DNA of 64,000 bases from positions 212 through 64,211 of the forward strand of contig CAYJMS010000003.1 of the NCBI GenBank assembly GCA_964371615.1, read 5' to 3'. The notes below the pieces were generated by a model. It was given only the letters and a program-made list of their open reading frames with translations, made no database searches and was not told the DNA's origin. Each line of letters starts with the position of its first letter. Within the stretch, counting starts at the first letter, position 1. Source of the stretch: an uncultured Chitinophagaceae bacterium. GTDB taxonomy: Bacteria > Bacteroidota > Ignavibacteria > UBA10030 > UBA8401. Positions 16,587 to 27,362 of this stretch are shown in pieces. The position numbers and the translations under genes were made by a program.

Positions 16587-17894
16587 ATGAGATTCATGAT
16601 CCTTGCTGTCGTTGTTATGAGCGTTGTGTCCCTTTCTTCCGCGCAAAAGCAGAGAAAGCATTACACCGTTTCGCTGAACGAGATCGCCGAGCAGTATGTT
16701 AAGCTGGTGCTGGATATCGGCCGGCTCGACGCGGATTTTGTCGATGCATACTACGGGCCGCCGGAGTGGATGGAGGATTCAAAAAAGATGGAGTACCGTC
16801 CCACCGCATTGCGCGACCGTGCCGAAGCGCTGCTGTCTCGTTTAAAACGGGTGCGGGTCCCCTCAAAGGACAAATCGCTGACGCAGCGAAAAAATTATCT
16901 CACAAAGCAGCTCACCGCCGTCCGTGCACGGACCGATATGTTGAACGGAACCCTCTTCACGTTCGACGAGGAGGCGAAAAAATTGTACGATGGTACTCCG
17001 CCGAAATACGCCGAAGCGCATTTCAAAAAGACAGTGAGCGAGTTGAGTGCGCTGCTCCCACCGGGGAGCGGATCGGTGCAGGAACGGTATGAAGCGTTCC
17101 GGAAGGAGTTCGTTATTCCCGTCGATCGACTGGATACCGTTTTTACCGCTGCGATTCGTGAATGCCGGGAGAAAACGAAGAAACATATTAATCTTCCGGA
17201 GAATGAAAACTTTGTGGTGGAATATGTGACCGACAAGGCGTGGAGCGGGTATAACTGGTATAAAGGGAATGCCTACAGCGTTATTCAGGTGAACACCGAC
17301 TTTCCAATCTTTATCGACCGAGCGGTGGACCTTGCCGCACATGAAGGATATCCGGGACATCACGTCTATAACGTGCTGCTCGAAACGGAATTGATGAAAA
17401 AGAAGGGATGGATCGAATTTTCCGTTTATCCTCTCTTCAGTCCCCAATCGCTGATTGCCGAAGGGAGTGCAAACTACGGAATCGAAATCGCCTTCACGAA
17501 AGCGGAGCGGATGCAGTTTGAAAAAGAAGTGCTCTTTCCGTTGGCCGGGCTCGATCCGGCAAAAACGGAACAGTATTATGCGGTCCAGGCGATCGTCTCG
17601 CGGCTGGCATACGCCGGCAACGAAGCGGCACGGCTGTATCTGAACGGCACGATATCCAAAGAGAAGGCAATCGATTGGTTGGTCGCCTACGGATTATTCG
17701 AACCTGCCCGTGCGGAACAGCGATTACGATTTATCGAAAAGTACCGGAGCTACGTGATCAATTACAACTACGGTCAGGATCTGGTGAAATCGTATGTCGA
17801 GAAGAAAGCGGGAAAGAAATCGACGCCGGAAAAACGGTGGAATGTCTTTACGGAACTCCTATCCTCCCCGACAATGCCGGGTAGTTTGAAATAA
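16587..17894 (+). CDS. Secreted zincin-like protein (DUF885-related)
   Basis: Signal peptide; AHEGYPGHH and EG.A.Y motifs. Confidence 0.7.
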   Translation: MRFMILAVVVMSVVSLSSAQKQRKHYTVSLNEIAEQYVKLVLDIGRLDADFVDAYYGPPEWMEDSKKMEYRPTALRDRAEALLSRLKRVRVPSKDKSLTQRKNYLTKQLTAVRARTDMLNGTLFTFDEEAKKLYDGTPPKYAEAHFKKTVSELSALLPPGSGSVQERYEAFRKEFVIPVDRLDTVFTAAIRECREKTKKHINLPENENFVVEYVTDKAWSGYNWYKGNAYSVIQVNTDFPIFIDRAVDLAAHEGYPGHHVYNVLLETELMKKKGWIEFSVYPLFSPQSLIAEGSANYGIEIAFTKAERMQFEKEVLFPLAGLDPAKTEQYYAVQAIVSRLAYAGNEAARLYLNGTISKEKAIDWLVAYGLFEPARAEQRLRFIEKYRSYVINYNYGQDLVKSYVEKKAGKKSTPEKRWNVFTELLSSPTMPGSLK

Positions 17895-17901
17895 ATATCG
17901 A

Positions 17902-17936
17902 CAAACTTGACAAGTCTCGAAGACTTGTCAAGTTTG
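17902..17936. repeat. Perfect 16-bp-stem palindrome (REP-like/terminator)
   Basis: CAAACTTGACAAGTCT-CGA-AGACTTGTCAAGTTTG followed by T-rich tract. Confidence 0.75.
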
Positions 17937-17976
17937 CTTCTTTTTTGTACTCTGCACTAGCTTCTCTCACCTGCAA

Positions 17977-18981
17977 TTGATATATTCCGGAATGAAGTCC
18001 ATTCCATTTACAACCAATCCCTTTCTCTTTTTCAATCAGGACTGCATTTCCGGCTGCGAGGAGAATATTCCCGACAACTCCGTCGATCTCATTGTTACCG
18101 ATCCCCCGTACGGCATTGCCGGCGACACGCTCCATAAGCATTATCACCGCAACGAGCGGCATGTCATCGGCGGGTACGTGGAGGTGCCGCAGAGCGAGTA
18201 TGCGCAATTCAGCGTTGATTGGATTACACAGGCGGAGAGAATCCTCCGGCCCGGCGGTTCATTGTACATTATTTCCGGTTATACCAATCTCGCGCATATT
18301 CTCAACGCACTCAATAGTACGACGCTGAAAACGGTGAATCATCTCATTTGGAAATACAATTTCGGCGTGTACACAAAAAAGAAATACATCTCCTCCCATT
18401 ATCACATTCTGTACTGCGTGAAGAAGGGAAAGCCGACGACGTTCAATACCTACTGCCGGTTCGGTGCGAGAGAGAAAGACGTGAAGAACGGTTCGCTCAA
18501 TTACCTCGACCGCGAAGATGTCTGGACGATCAGCCGTGAATACAAGCACGGCAGGAAAAAAAACAAGAACGAACTTCCGTCCGCCCTGTTGACGAAGATC
18601 ATCCAATACAGCAGCAACGAAGGAGAAATTGTTTGCGATTTGTTTCTCGGTAGTTTTTCCGCCGCAAAAATCGCCATCGGGCTGAACAGAAAGGCCGTCG
18701 GATTTGAAATCAACCGGCGATCGTTCGTACATAACATGAAATCAGTCCAGACAATCATACCGGGATCTTTGCTACCACAACTCCGTCAACCCGATACCGC
18801 CATATATTCCAATCAGAGAAAACCGTGGACGGAGAGTGAAAAAAAATCACTGTTTAAACGCTATACATCGCTTCGTTCTGCCAGCCGCACAAAAAAAGAA
18901 ACGCTGATGCTTCTCTCCGACGAATTCGGGCGGGGATATTTTGCACTTCTCAACGTTATTCACACAATGAAAAATAAATAA
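17977..18981 (+). CDS. Orphan N4/N6 DNA methyltransferase (beta class)
   Basis: TDPPY precedes DLFLGSFS...GFEIN; start may be ATG 17992. Confidence 0.88.
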   Translation: MIYSGMKSIPFTTNPFLFFNQDCISGCEENIPDNSVDLIVTDPPYGIAGDTLHKHYHRNERHVIGGYVEVPQSEYAQFSVDWITQAERILRPGGSLYIISGYTNLAHILNALNSTTLKTVNHLIWKYNFGVYTKKKYISSHYHILYCVKKGKPTTFNTYCRFGAREKDVKNGSLNYLDREDVWTISREYKHGRKKNKNELPSALLTKIIQYSSNEGEIVCDLFLGSFSAAKIAIGLNRKAVGFEINRRSFVHNMKSVQTIIPGSLLPQLRQPDTAIYSNQRKPWTESEKKSLFKRYTSLRSASRTKKETLMLLSDEFGRGYFALLNVIHTMKNK

Positions 18982-19151
18982 TCGGATGAATCGCTCTTGT
19001 TTAAGAGGGATTTAATCATTTCCTCCTTGCTTCATCATCATTCTCCGCGTACTTTGAAACAGAAATAATTCACTACAAGACTTGGGGTCACCCGCTTTTC
19101 ATTCACTCTGCCGCAGATTGCATCGCGGAGAAGAACAATTGCGAGGTTCCC

Positions 19152-20456
19152 ATGAACGATCGATCTCTCCATCCCGAATCCCTCATGATGTCGTACGGGT
19201 ACAATCCCGAATGGTCCGAGGGTGCCGTCAAATGCCCGATTTTCCAAACATCCACATTCGTATTTAAATCCGCCGAACAGGGCAAAGCATTTTTTGAAGT
19301 GGCGTACGGCAAGCGCGAACAGCGACCGAACGAAAAACTCGGCCTCATCTACAGCCGATTGAACAATCCCGATCTGGAAATACTCGAGAACCGGTTGACG
19401 TTGTGGGACGATGCGGAAGATTGTGCGGTATTCGAAAGCGGTATGTCCGCCATCTCCACCGTGTTACTGGAATATCTAAAACCGGGAGACCTGTTAATTT
19501 ACAGCTCACCCTTGTACGGCGGATCGGAACATTTCATTCAACATATCTTGACAAAGTTTGGCATTCATATTCTCCGATTCAAAGCGGGCCGGTCACGAAA
19601 AGAGATCGAGCAAATTATACTGGAGAGCGGACATGCCGATCGGTTAAAAATGATATATATGGAAACGCCGGCCAATCCGACTAACGATCTGATTGATATT
19701 TCCTGCTGCCGCGAAATCGCCGACCGTTTTTCATCCATCGATCATCGCGTGATGGTCGCCGTGGACAACACATACTTCGGTCCGCTCTGGCAGCACCCGC
19801 TGAAACACGGCGCCGACATCGTTATCTATTCCGCCACTAAGTATATCGGCGGACACAGCGACGTCATCGCCGGCGCAGTTTTGGGCTCTTCGGGTACGAT
19901 CAAGCGCATCAAAGCACTCCGCACTTTTTTAGGAAACATGGCGGGACCGTGGACCGGATGGCTGCTGCTGCGGAGTCTGGAAACGTTGAAGCCGCGAATG
20001 GAAACGCAGGCGCGCAACGCCAGACATGTGGCGGAGTTCCTGGCCAAACACCCGAAAGTCGAACGGGTCAACTACCTTGGCTTCTTGGATGAGAGCAAAC
20101 CGGAACAATATGCGATCTTTAAGAGACAATGCCTCTCCGGCGGCGCCATGCTGTCGTTTGACATCAAAGGTGCCGAAAAAGAAGCGTTTACTTTCCTGAA
20201 TCATTTACGGCTCATTAAACTCGCCGTCAGCCTTGGAAGCACCGAAAGTTTGGCGCAGCATCCCGCGACCATGACGCACTGCGATCTCGACGAAGCGGAA
20301 CGGCTCGAACTTCACATTACCGAACAGATGGTTCGCATCTCCATCGGCGTGGAACATCACGAAGATATCATCAACGATATCTCGCAGGCACTGGATCACG
20401 TCGTGATCGAAAAAGACCATTACGACATAACATCCGAGGAGCTGGAAGCAGTCTAG
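19152..20456 (+). CDS. Cys/Met metabolism PLP enzyme (cystathionine gamma-synthase/methionine gamma-lyase family)
   Basis: YSRLNNP, SGMSAI, ETPANP, SATKYIGGHSD, AVSLG. Confidence 0.92.
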   Translation: MNDRSLHPESLMMSYGYNPEWSEGAVKCPIFQTSTFVFKSAEQGKAFFEVAYGKREQRPNEKLGLIYSRLNNPDLEILENRLTLWDDAEDCAVFESGMSAISTVLLEYLKPGDLLIYSSPLYGGSEHFIQHILTKFGIHILRFKAGRSRKEIEQIILESGHADRLKMIYMETPANPTNDLIDISCCREIADRFSSIDHRVMVAVDNTYFGPLWQHPLKHGADIVIYSATKYIGGHSDVIAGAVLGSSGTIKRIKALRTFLGNMAGPWTGWLLLRSLETLKPRMETQARNARHVAEFLAKHPKVERVNYLGFLDESKPEQYAIFKRQCLSGGAMLSFDIKGAEKEAFTFLNHLRLIKLAVSLGSTESLAQHPATMTHCDLDEAERLELHITEQMVRISIGVEHHEDIINDISQALDHVVIEKDHYDITSEELEAV

Positions 20457-20572
20457 AGCAAAGCGGCATTTTCTTCAGATCCCCGAGTGTCAACCGATCC
20501 TGCGAGACGGTAGGCGCCGGGGATTTCTTATTTATTGCACCACATCGTTCGCAGCACATTCTGAGGCGTACC

Positions 20573-21853
20573 ATGAAACGGTTCTTATTGATAATGTTGA
20601 TTTTCACTCTCCTGTTTCTGCCGCATTGCGTGAAGGAAAAGGATAATCCCGTCAATCCCGACAACGGAAATAACAATAATAACGGCGGAGGCGATAATAA
20701 TTTTTCTGAGGTTGTGATCAAAGGAAGGATCACCGGCCTGAAGAAAACAGGCGACAGTCTTTCCCTTGCCGATGCAAAGAAAGTGCTGGTCTACAGTCAG
20801 TTTTACTACACCTTGACGGAGATCTCTTCGGATACGTTCTCGGTTCCGGCAAATTTCGGCACCGGCGTTGCCCTCATCTTTTTAACTGGCGACAATCGGT
20901 ACATCGGCCATCTCTCATCCCGCGGATTAAACATGCTGCCGCTCGGCAATCTGGTCAACGGCGAACACAGTACGATCGATCTCTCGACGCTGACTCTTGT
21001 CGGCAATACGGTAATCCCTTCCCGCGATCCGTTCGGCAACGACATCGTCATCACCGAGCAGGAATTGCAGACGCTGAAGAGTGTCGACGGATATTTCGAA
21101 TCGATCGCAAAAAATCTGGATGCAGATAACGACGGAATTCCCGACGTTCTCTCTAACAAGCAACTGCTTCTCGCAACGCAATTCAATCTCTTTGGCGGAC
21201 ATTGGGGACATAACGATACGCTTCCGACGGTAATGGACACATCGCACTATTATGCGAATTACGGACTGGAAGTCGGCGGTGGATCCGCGTTGTCATTTTA
21301 CGCGGCGAATATCGTCCTATCGGGACCTCTGCAGGATCCGCAGAACGATATTATTTTATGGGGATTTATGAAGGCGCCGGCATGCGGCGGCGGAAGGGCG
21401 TTTATTGCCAGTTTTGCTCGTCTGGAAAATGCGCCGCCCGGTGCGCCGTGGGGAACGTCGTTCCTTCCGTTCAGAAAAGGAACGTACAGTCTGACGCTCG
21501 ACTGGGACAATGTCCATACGCTGGAGTATACTTGTCTGGAATTGAAAGAGAATCTTATTCATGTCATTCCGACGCTGCATACGGACAGCCTCGGACGCCT
21601 CACATCGATCACCTTTGAATACAAACTTCCGAATGGTGCAGCAGTCAATCCGGCGAGCATACTATCGAGCGTCATGATACAATTATCCAGCCGGTATACG
21701 CAGTTTTTGACGCTGCGGATGAATGACGCGAACGGAAAGCCGTACTTCTCCGAACTGGTGTTCGATGTTCCGGTGGACATTTCGACGCTGGAAAGCATTC
21801 TGATCGGGTATGACGATTACATCGGGAACCATTACGGCATAGGATGGAAGTAG
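20573..21853 (+). CDS. Putative lipoprotein
   Basis: Signal ...LPH|CVKEKDNPVNP, Asn/Gly linker, DADNDGIPD Ca-binding-like motif. Confidence 0.75.
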   Translation: MKRFLLIMLIFTLLFLPHCVKEKDNPVNPDNGNNNNNGGGDNNFSEVVIKGRITGLKKTGDSLSLADAKKVLVYSQFYYTLTEISSDTFSVPANFGTGVALIFLTGDNRYIGHLSSRGLNMLPLGNLVNGEHSTIDLSTLTLVGNTVIPSRDPFGNDIVITEQELQTLKSVDGYFESIAKNLDADNDGIPDVLSNKQLLLATQFNLFGGHWGHNDTLPTVMDTSHYYANYGLEVGGGSALSFYAANIVLSGPLQDPQNDIILWGFMKAPACGGGRAFIASFARLENAPPGAPWGTSFLPFRKGTYSLTLDWDNVHTLEYTCLELKENLIHVIPTLHTDSLGRLTSITFEYKLPNGAAVNPASILSSVMIQLSSRYTQFLTLRMNDANGKPYFSELVFDVPVDISTLESILIGYDDYIGNHYGIGWK

Positions 21854-21934
21854 CGGTATATTTTTACTGTTCAAGAAGTATTTCACGTCGATTTGCCATG
21901 AAATAATTTTGAGCGTGTCACATTATTTTATCCA

Positions 21935-21971
21935 AAGCCATCCGATTGTGGTCACCAATCGGATGGCTTTA
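21935..21971. terminator. Hairpin terminator between convergent genes
   Basis: AAGCCATCCGATTG...CAATCGGATGGCTT. Confidence 0.7.
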
Positions 21972-23285
21972 ATTTTTTTTCGGAATGGCGTGTTCCGCTT
22001 TCAATTTCTCTTCGAGTGAAACAATGATGATACATTCTGTGATATCATCCGATCCGATATATAAATTTCCCCGCGTATCGGTTTCCAAACCGACCGGCCT
22101 ACCCCACGCCGCTTTCGCGACGGAATCGGCGAGAAATCCCCGCGCAAAATCTGCGACAGAATTGGCAACCGTATCCCGCGCGCTGTCGAAATCAATATAG
22201 ACGACCTTGAATCCCGTTGCGTAGGTTCTGTTCCACGAACCGCGGTATGCGGTAAACAGTCCGTTGCGGAACTGCGGCGGAAATGACGGATTGGAGAATT
22301 CGATCGCCATCGGAGCGCTGTGCGCCTGCACCAAAACGGCAGGCTGAATCATCGATTGTACATTTGCGCTGTCCTTTGTCGTCAACGGTAGCAGCGAGCT
22401 GTATCCTCCCGGCTTTGAAAAATCGACCCAGATGCCGTCGCCGTAGGCGTAGGGATATCCGTAAAATCCTCCGTCGCGCACAATGTCGATCCACTCCGGC
22501 GGAATGTCGTCTCCCTGCCAGTCGAATCCGTTATTGTTTGCCCAGAGTTTCCCGTTATGCATCGTCATGCCGATCGCATTGCGGCAGCCGGTGGCATAGA
22601 TGCGGCGTCCCGTGCCGTCGTCGTTCCACTCTTCGATAATTGCGCGGGATTCCTCGCGGCAGGCATTGCAGAGCGAACCGATGGAGAGATACATTTTCTT
22701 CTTTACCGGATCGAAAACAATCGTACGTGTATCGTGCCCGCCGCCCCCCTGCTGACCTCCTTCCACCATCGTCACGAATGTGGATTTCGTTTCGTAAATT
22801 CCGTCGCCGTTCGTATCGATGCATTTCGTTACTTTTGTTTCTTCGGCAACAAACATTGCGCCGTTGTAGAATTTCACATCATGCGATTTGCGGAATCCCG
22901 TCGCGGCAACAATCATCGTATCCGCAACGCCGTCCCTGTTTCTGTCCGGCAGGGCGATAATCTGTCCGAGCGATTTATCCGCAACGTGCAGCACGCTATC
23001 GGGACTCCACGCGAAGAAGCGCGGCTTCGATAATCCGCCGACGTGAAAAATTTTTGCGCTGTATCCCGGCGGCACGGAGAGAGACAAATTATCGGCGATC
23101 TTCCCTTTATACTTTTCCGGAACGATCACTCTTCCGGATTGCAACGCGAGATCGCCGACGGGAGTCATCCGTACCGATGGCGTCTGCTGTGCCGAACAGT
23201 TGACGGAGATCAGCGCAAAAACGATAAATAATGAAGAATATTTATTCATCACACTCCTGTTGTTGAATGTCGAACTATCGGTCAT
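21969..23285 (-). CDS. PQQ-dependent sugar/sorbosone dehydrogenase-like beta-propeller
   Basis: GS.CNAC.E, GCRNAIG, FYGYPY, AHSAP, GSWNR, GRPVG; start probably 23249. Confidence 0.88.
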   Translation of the reverse strand: MTDSSTFNNRSVMNKYSSLFIVFALISVNCSAQQTPSVRMTPVGDLALQSGRVIVPEKYKGKIADNLSLSVPPGYSAKIFHVGGLSKPRFFAWSPDSVLHVADKSLGQIIALPDRNRDGVADTMIVAATGFRKSHDVKFYNGAMFVAEETKVTKCIDTNGDGIYETKSTFVTMVEGGQQGGGGHDTRTIVFDPVKKKMYLSIGSLCNACREESRAIIEEWNDDGTGRRIYATGCRNAIGMTMHNGKLWANNNGFDWQGDDIPPEWIDIVRDGGFYGYPYAYGDGIWVDFSKPGGYSSLLPLTTKDSANVQSMIQPAVLVQAHSAPMAIEFSNPSFPPQFRNGLFTAYRGSWNRTYATGFKVVYIDFDSARDTVANSVADFARGFLADSVAKAAWGRPVGLETDTRGNLYIGSDDITECIIIVSLEEKLKAEHAIPKKN

Positions 23286-24123
23286 TGGTATCGGACGGCA
23301 GCGGATACCGCATCAGTGTTTGAACCGTATCGGAGATCATCAATGCAAAGCGGGCATCACTGAGCAGATCGGAAAGCGCAATCTCTGCGCCGTTGATCGA
23401 TGCCATGCGGTGCACCAGCCGTATTCCGTGGCTGTAATCGGCGTACGTTTCGCCATGGCCGTTGTATGCCGGTTGTATCGGCACACTGTTTAGCCGATGC
23501 CAGCCGTAAATTACCACCGGCTTCGGGACTCTTTGTTTTAATTGGGAGCGGATTTTCTGATCGATCACCACATCTTTCTTTGTTCCCCCAACAAGCACGC
23601 CGAGAGGAAATGTTCCCAGCAGCGGCCGCCGGAGAGACCGGACGGAATCATTATGTTGAATGAATCTCGGCATTTTGTCCATCTCTGCATCCGGCGGAAT
23701 CGGCTGCGGCGGGAGTTTCACATCGGCAGCGGCATAGATCTGATCGACCATTGTCGCGGTGGGAAGCATACAGCCCGTCAGATCGGCGATTCGCTGCGCC
23801 AACAACGGCGTCATCGGCATCAAGACATGATCGCTGTCCGAACCAAGGGAGAGATAATCCGGCGTAACGAAGTACCGGAGCGAGTATATTGTTCCGTCGA
23901 TTGTGTCGATGATCGTCACCGGAACCAATGTGCGGAGAAATTCCGGCACGTTTCCTTCGGAGACCTGGCGGAATATCTCTTCCTCTCTCTCCTCCCGGAG
24001 AAGAGAAACAAGCATCGACGCGATGCGGCTTCCTTCCGGCGATGTCGATTGCCGCGGCGGAAGATCCAGCCATTGCGATTCCGCGCAAGAGATGATGATC
24101 AGGATGCAAAAAAGTATTTTCAT
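23275..24123 (-). CDS. Secreted hypothetical protein
   Basis: Signal MKILFCILII; PDYL..G, KKDVV, IYGWH, YADYSHG motifs. Confidence 0.75.
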   Translation of the reverse strand: MKILFCILIIISCAESQWLDLPPRQSTSPEGSRIASMLVSLLREEREEEIFRQVSEGNVPEFLRTLVPVTIIDTIDGTIYSLRYFVTPDYLSLGSDSDHVLMPMTPLLAQRIADLTGCMLPTATMVDQIYAAADVKLPPQPIPPDAEMDKMPRFIQHNDSVRSLRRPLLGTFPLGVLVGGTKKDVVIDQKIRSQLKQRVPKPVVIYGWHRLNSVPIQPAYNGHGETYADYSHGIRLVHRMASINGAEIALSDLLSDARFALMISDTVQTLMRYPLPSDTNDR

Positions 24124-24219
24124 GAAGACAAAATAAAAAAAGGCGGGGACATTTGCATGTTCCCGCCTTGTAATAAAACGTCTGCGTATCAACTGATTCG
24201 GCAGAGATCTATTTTTGAC

Positions 24220-24363
24220 TAGAACTCCGCTAAAAAGAATAAAAATTGTCACCCCGAGCGTAGACGAGGGGTGACAATTCAGGGGAAATCATGCCTCGAC
24301 GCAGTTTATCCGCCGAAGGCGGACTCGGCATGACATTGTTTAGTATTTTTGAGATGGTATCTA
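24220..24363. repeat. MITE-like palindromic repeat, copy 1
   Basis: TGTCACCCCGAGCGTAGACGAGGGGTGACA...CATGCCTCGAC...CTCGGCATGACA, also at 29123 and 49100. Confidence 0.85.
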
Positions 24364-24373
24364 ATTACAGTAA

Positions 24374-25273
24374 TCACGGTCTGCGATAGCCGCTGCCGAG
24401 ATCGCAGGTGAATTTCGGCCCGTTGCCGCCGAATGAGATGCTGCCATCACCGCCGCCAAGCGTTACGGTGAACGATCTGTCGATGGAACGTTCCCGGTAG
24501 AGATCGCCGTTCTGGAATGTGATGGTGGCTTTAAATGTTCCCTCCAGCGTTCCGCTGACAGCCTTGCTGAAATTGCCACGCCATGTCGCAAAATTCTCAC
24601 GGCCCAACCGGTATTTCGGACCCCGCACATTGGTCATCGATGTAATATTCAACGTATGGGTAAATGTCCGTTGCATATTCCTCGTGATAATGCTGTCGAT
24701 ACCACTACGAACGTATGTCGTGTCAGAATTGAGCGTTACGGTATCCTTATCCAAATCGGTCACCGTCCAGGCTCCTTTGAGATCGGTAAGATGATGTTTA
24801 ACCCTCGGTCCAATGAAATAACCCGAGCCGCTGACGATTTTGAACTTCATTGTATTTGCCGTGTCGGTTCCCTCGATGCGCGACTTCTGCACCGTGCCGT
24901 TTTTTTGGAATTGAAATTGATACACACGCTGGAACGAACCGCTCGTCATCATATTCGAGCGGGAACGGTCAACAGCCACCGTCCACCATCCGGTGGTTGA
25001 ATCATACGACGGAATTCCGGCCGTAACGATTTCCTCGCCGCCGGTTTTTGCCAGTGTCGCACTGAATCCGCCTCCGCCGGCAACGCTCATCACGTCGGCA
25101 TAATTATCAACCGCGCCGCCGCTTTCGTCTCCCATCGCCGCGGAAATCGATTCGGCCGCATCTTCGTACAACAGGCTCGAGTCGAGCGCCGAGACTGGAT
25201 CGTCATTCTTGCATCCGGCAAGAATGAAAAACGACAGCACGATGGGTGCTATGTATTTATGGAACTGTTTCAT
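24374..25273 (-). CDS. Putative lipoprotein
   Basis: Lipobox LAG|C; AAGGAG RBS. Confidence 0.8.
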   Translation of the reverse strand: MKQFHKYIAPIVLSFFILAGCKNDDPVSALDSSLLYEDAAESISAAMGDESGGAVDNYADVMSVAGGGGFSATLAKTGGEEIVTAGIPSYDSTTGWWTVAVDRSRSNMMTSGSFQRVYQFQFQKNGTVQKSRIEGTDTANTMKFKIVSGSGYFIGPRVKHHLTDLKGAWTVTDLDKDTVTLNSDTTYVRSGIDSIITRNMQRTFTHTLNITSMTNVRGPKYRLGRENFATWRGNFSKAVSGTLEGTFKATITFQNGDLYRERSIDRSFTVTLGGGDGSISFGGNGPKFTCDLGSGYRRP

Positions 25274-25567
25274 AATAACTCCTTATTGTTTGGTAGAGAA
25301 AAAATGGAAAAGTTGTCGTTCTTTCATTCTTTCTCATCTATCACAATTCTTATTGTCTTGGTACCGGAACAACCGCATGTGCCTTAATTCCATTGCGGAT
25401 GTTCATAGCATGATCTTGGGTAACTTAGCAATGTGAGTCTACCCGGTTATGACATGATATATACCGAAAGAGTTTAACAAAAACCGTGAGAAAACGCACA
25501 TATTGCGTGATGAAATTGAGACGAAAAAATCGTATTTTTTAGTCCGATTTAGCCAATTGTAAAGTCT

Positions 25568-26803
25568 ATGAAGAACAAAAAACAGCGATTAATCATCCTT
25601 GGAACCGGATTTGCATCGTTCAGTCTGGTCAAATCACTCGATACGGAATTGTACGACGTCGTGGTCGTCAGTCCCAGGAATCATTTTCTCTTTACGCCGT
25701 TGCTTCCCAGCACCACGGTCGGTACAATCGAATTCCGTTCGATCATCGAACCGATACGGACGGCGAAAGAGCATATCACGTTTTATCATGCCTATTGCAC
25801 TGAAGTCGATACGGTGCGAAAGATGGTGCAGTGCAAAAATGCGCTGGATGGAAATCCGTTTGCACTCGAGTTCGATTTGCTGGTGATCGGCGTCGGCGCC
25901 ATGAGCAACACGTTCGGCATTCCCGGTGTGGAACAATTCGCCCTTCCTTTGAAGGAACTTGCCGACGCCCGCGCCATCCGTCAGCGCATCATCGAAAATT
26001 TCGAACGCGCCAGCACGCCCGGATTGCAGTTTGAAGAGCGGAAACGATTGCTGCATTTTGTTGTCGTCGGCGGCGGCCCGACCGGAGTGGAATTTGCGGC
26101 AGAACTTCACGATTTTCTGACGGAAGACCTGGTTGATTCCTATCCCGCCATGGTGCCGGATGTGGATATTACGCTGCTGGAGGCAGGAGATGCCATTTTG
26201 AATTCGTTCGATGCGGCGCTGAGCGATTATACGGTCAGAAATTTTCAACGGCAAAAAATCTCCGTCCGTTTGCATTCTCAGGTCGCAACGGTAAAGGAAA
26301 AGGAGTTGGAACTGAAAGACGGCTCTCATGTTCCGTACGGATTACTCGTTTGGTCCACCGGCAATACACAGACTCCGTTTGTACGATCGCTGCCGTTCGA
26401 GAAAGACCTTGCCTCGCGGATCGTGACCGATGAATATTTTCATGTGAAAGGGCACACAAACATTTACGCATTCGGCGACTGCGCAACAATCGACGGACAG
26501 GCGCTTCCGGCAACGTCGCAGGTGGCGCAGCAGGAAGGCCGGTACCTTGCACGATCGTTCAATGCGATGGCGAAAGAAAAGACCCCCGGCAAATTCATTT
26601 ACAATCACTACGGCATGCTCGCTTATATCGGCAGCAACAAGGCGCTGGCGGATCTGCCACAGGTGAAGGGAAAAGGATTTTCCACCTGGATTTTCTGGCG
26701 GTCGGCGTATATTACCAAACTGGTCAGTTTTAAAAATAAAGTGCTCGTTATTTTCGATTGGATAAAAGCGTTCGTCTTTGGAAGAGATGCCAGCAGATTT
26801 TAA
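25568..26803 (+). CDS. ndh: Type II NADH:quinone oxidoreductase
   Basis: GTGFA, SPRNHFLFTPLLP, GGGPTGVEFAAEL, GD, SQVAQQEG. Confidence 0.92.
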   Translation: MKNKKQRLIILGTGFASFSLVKSLDTELYDVVVVSPRNHFLFTPLLPSTTVGTIEFRSIIEPIRTAKEHITFYHAYCTEVDTVRKMVQCKNALDGNPFALEFDLLVIGVGAMSNTFGIPGVEQFALPLKELADARAIRQRIIENFERASTPGLQFEERKRLLHFVVVGGGPTGVEFAAELHDFLTEDLVDSYPAMVPDVDITLLEAGDAILNSFDAALSDYTVRNFQRQKISVRLHSQVATVKEKELELKDGSHVPYGLLVWSTGNTQTPFVRSLPFEKDLASRIVTDEYFHVKGHTNIYAFGDCATIDGQALPATSQVAQQEGRYLARSFNAMAKEKTPGKFIYNHYGMLAYIGSNKALADLPQVKGKGFSTWIFWRSAYITKLVSFKNKVLVIFDWIKAFVFGRDASRF

Positions 26804-27362
26804 TCACATAGAATCCATTAAAAAGAGGATATCGGCGCACCGGCCGATGACGCTTCACGATGATTCGCACCGGCGGGCTTGTGTTCTTGTTCCGCTCGTA
26901 CTGCACAACGGAACGCTGCATCTGCTGCTCACCAAGCGGACCGACCGCGTGGAGCATCATAAAGGACAGATCTCGTTTCCCGGCGGTATGGTGGACGAAA
27001 CCGACAGATCGCCGGATCATACCGCACTGCGCGAATTGGAAGAGGAACTCGGCATCCCTCCTTCTTTCGTCGAACTGCTCGGCACGTTGAGCGACATACA
27101 GATACCGACCGGATTCATCGTTACACCGCTGGTGGGATATATCCGCTCTCTCGAGGCAATGACGATCAACAGTGCCGAAGTTGCCGAAGCACTGCTGGTA
27201 CCGTTCGAAAAATTCTTCGATCCCACCCTTTGCCATGAAGAAATACGGCTGCTCAAAGGGACGAACCGACGCATTCATGTGTACGATGTCTGGAAGGAAC
27301 CGGTCTGGGGTGCGACGGCGCATATCATCAAACAATTGACCGATATAATGGAACTATCGTGA
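26787..27362 (+). CDS. Nudix CoA pyrophosphatase
   Basis: LLTKR...HKGQISFPGG...TALRELEEELG, VWGATA. Confidence 0.9.
   Translation: MPADFNHIESIKKRISAHRPMTLHDDSHRRACVLVPLVLHNGTLHLLLTKRTDRVEHHKGQISFPGGMVDETDRSPDHTALRELEEELGIPPSFVELLGTLSDIQIPTGFIVTPLVGYIRSLEAMTINSAEVAEALLVPFEKFFDPTLCHEEIRLLKGTNRRIHVYDVWKEPVWGATAHIIKQLTDIMELS

Noticed and set aside
19040-19151. SAM riboswitch upstream of Cys/Met enzyme
   Set aside because: SAM-I conserved segments not recognisable
25485-25505. Rex/CRP-like operator upstream of ndh
   Set aside because: GTGA...GCAC match too weak
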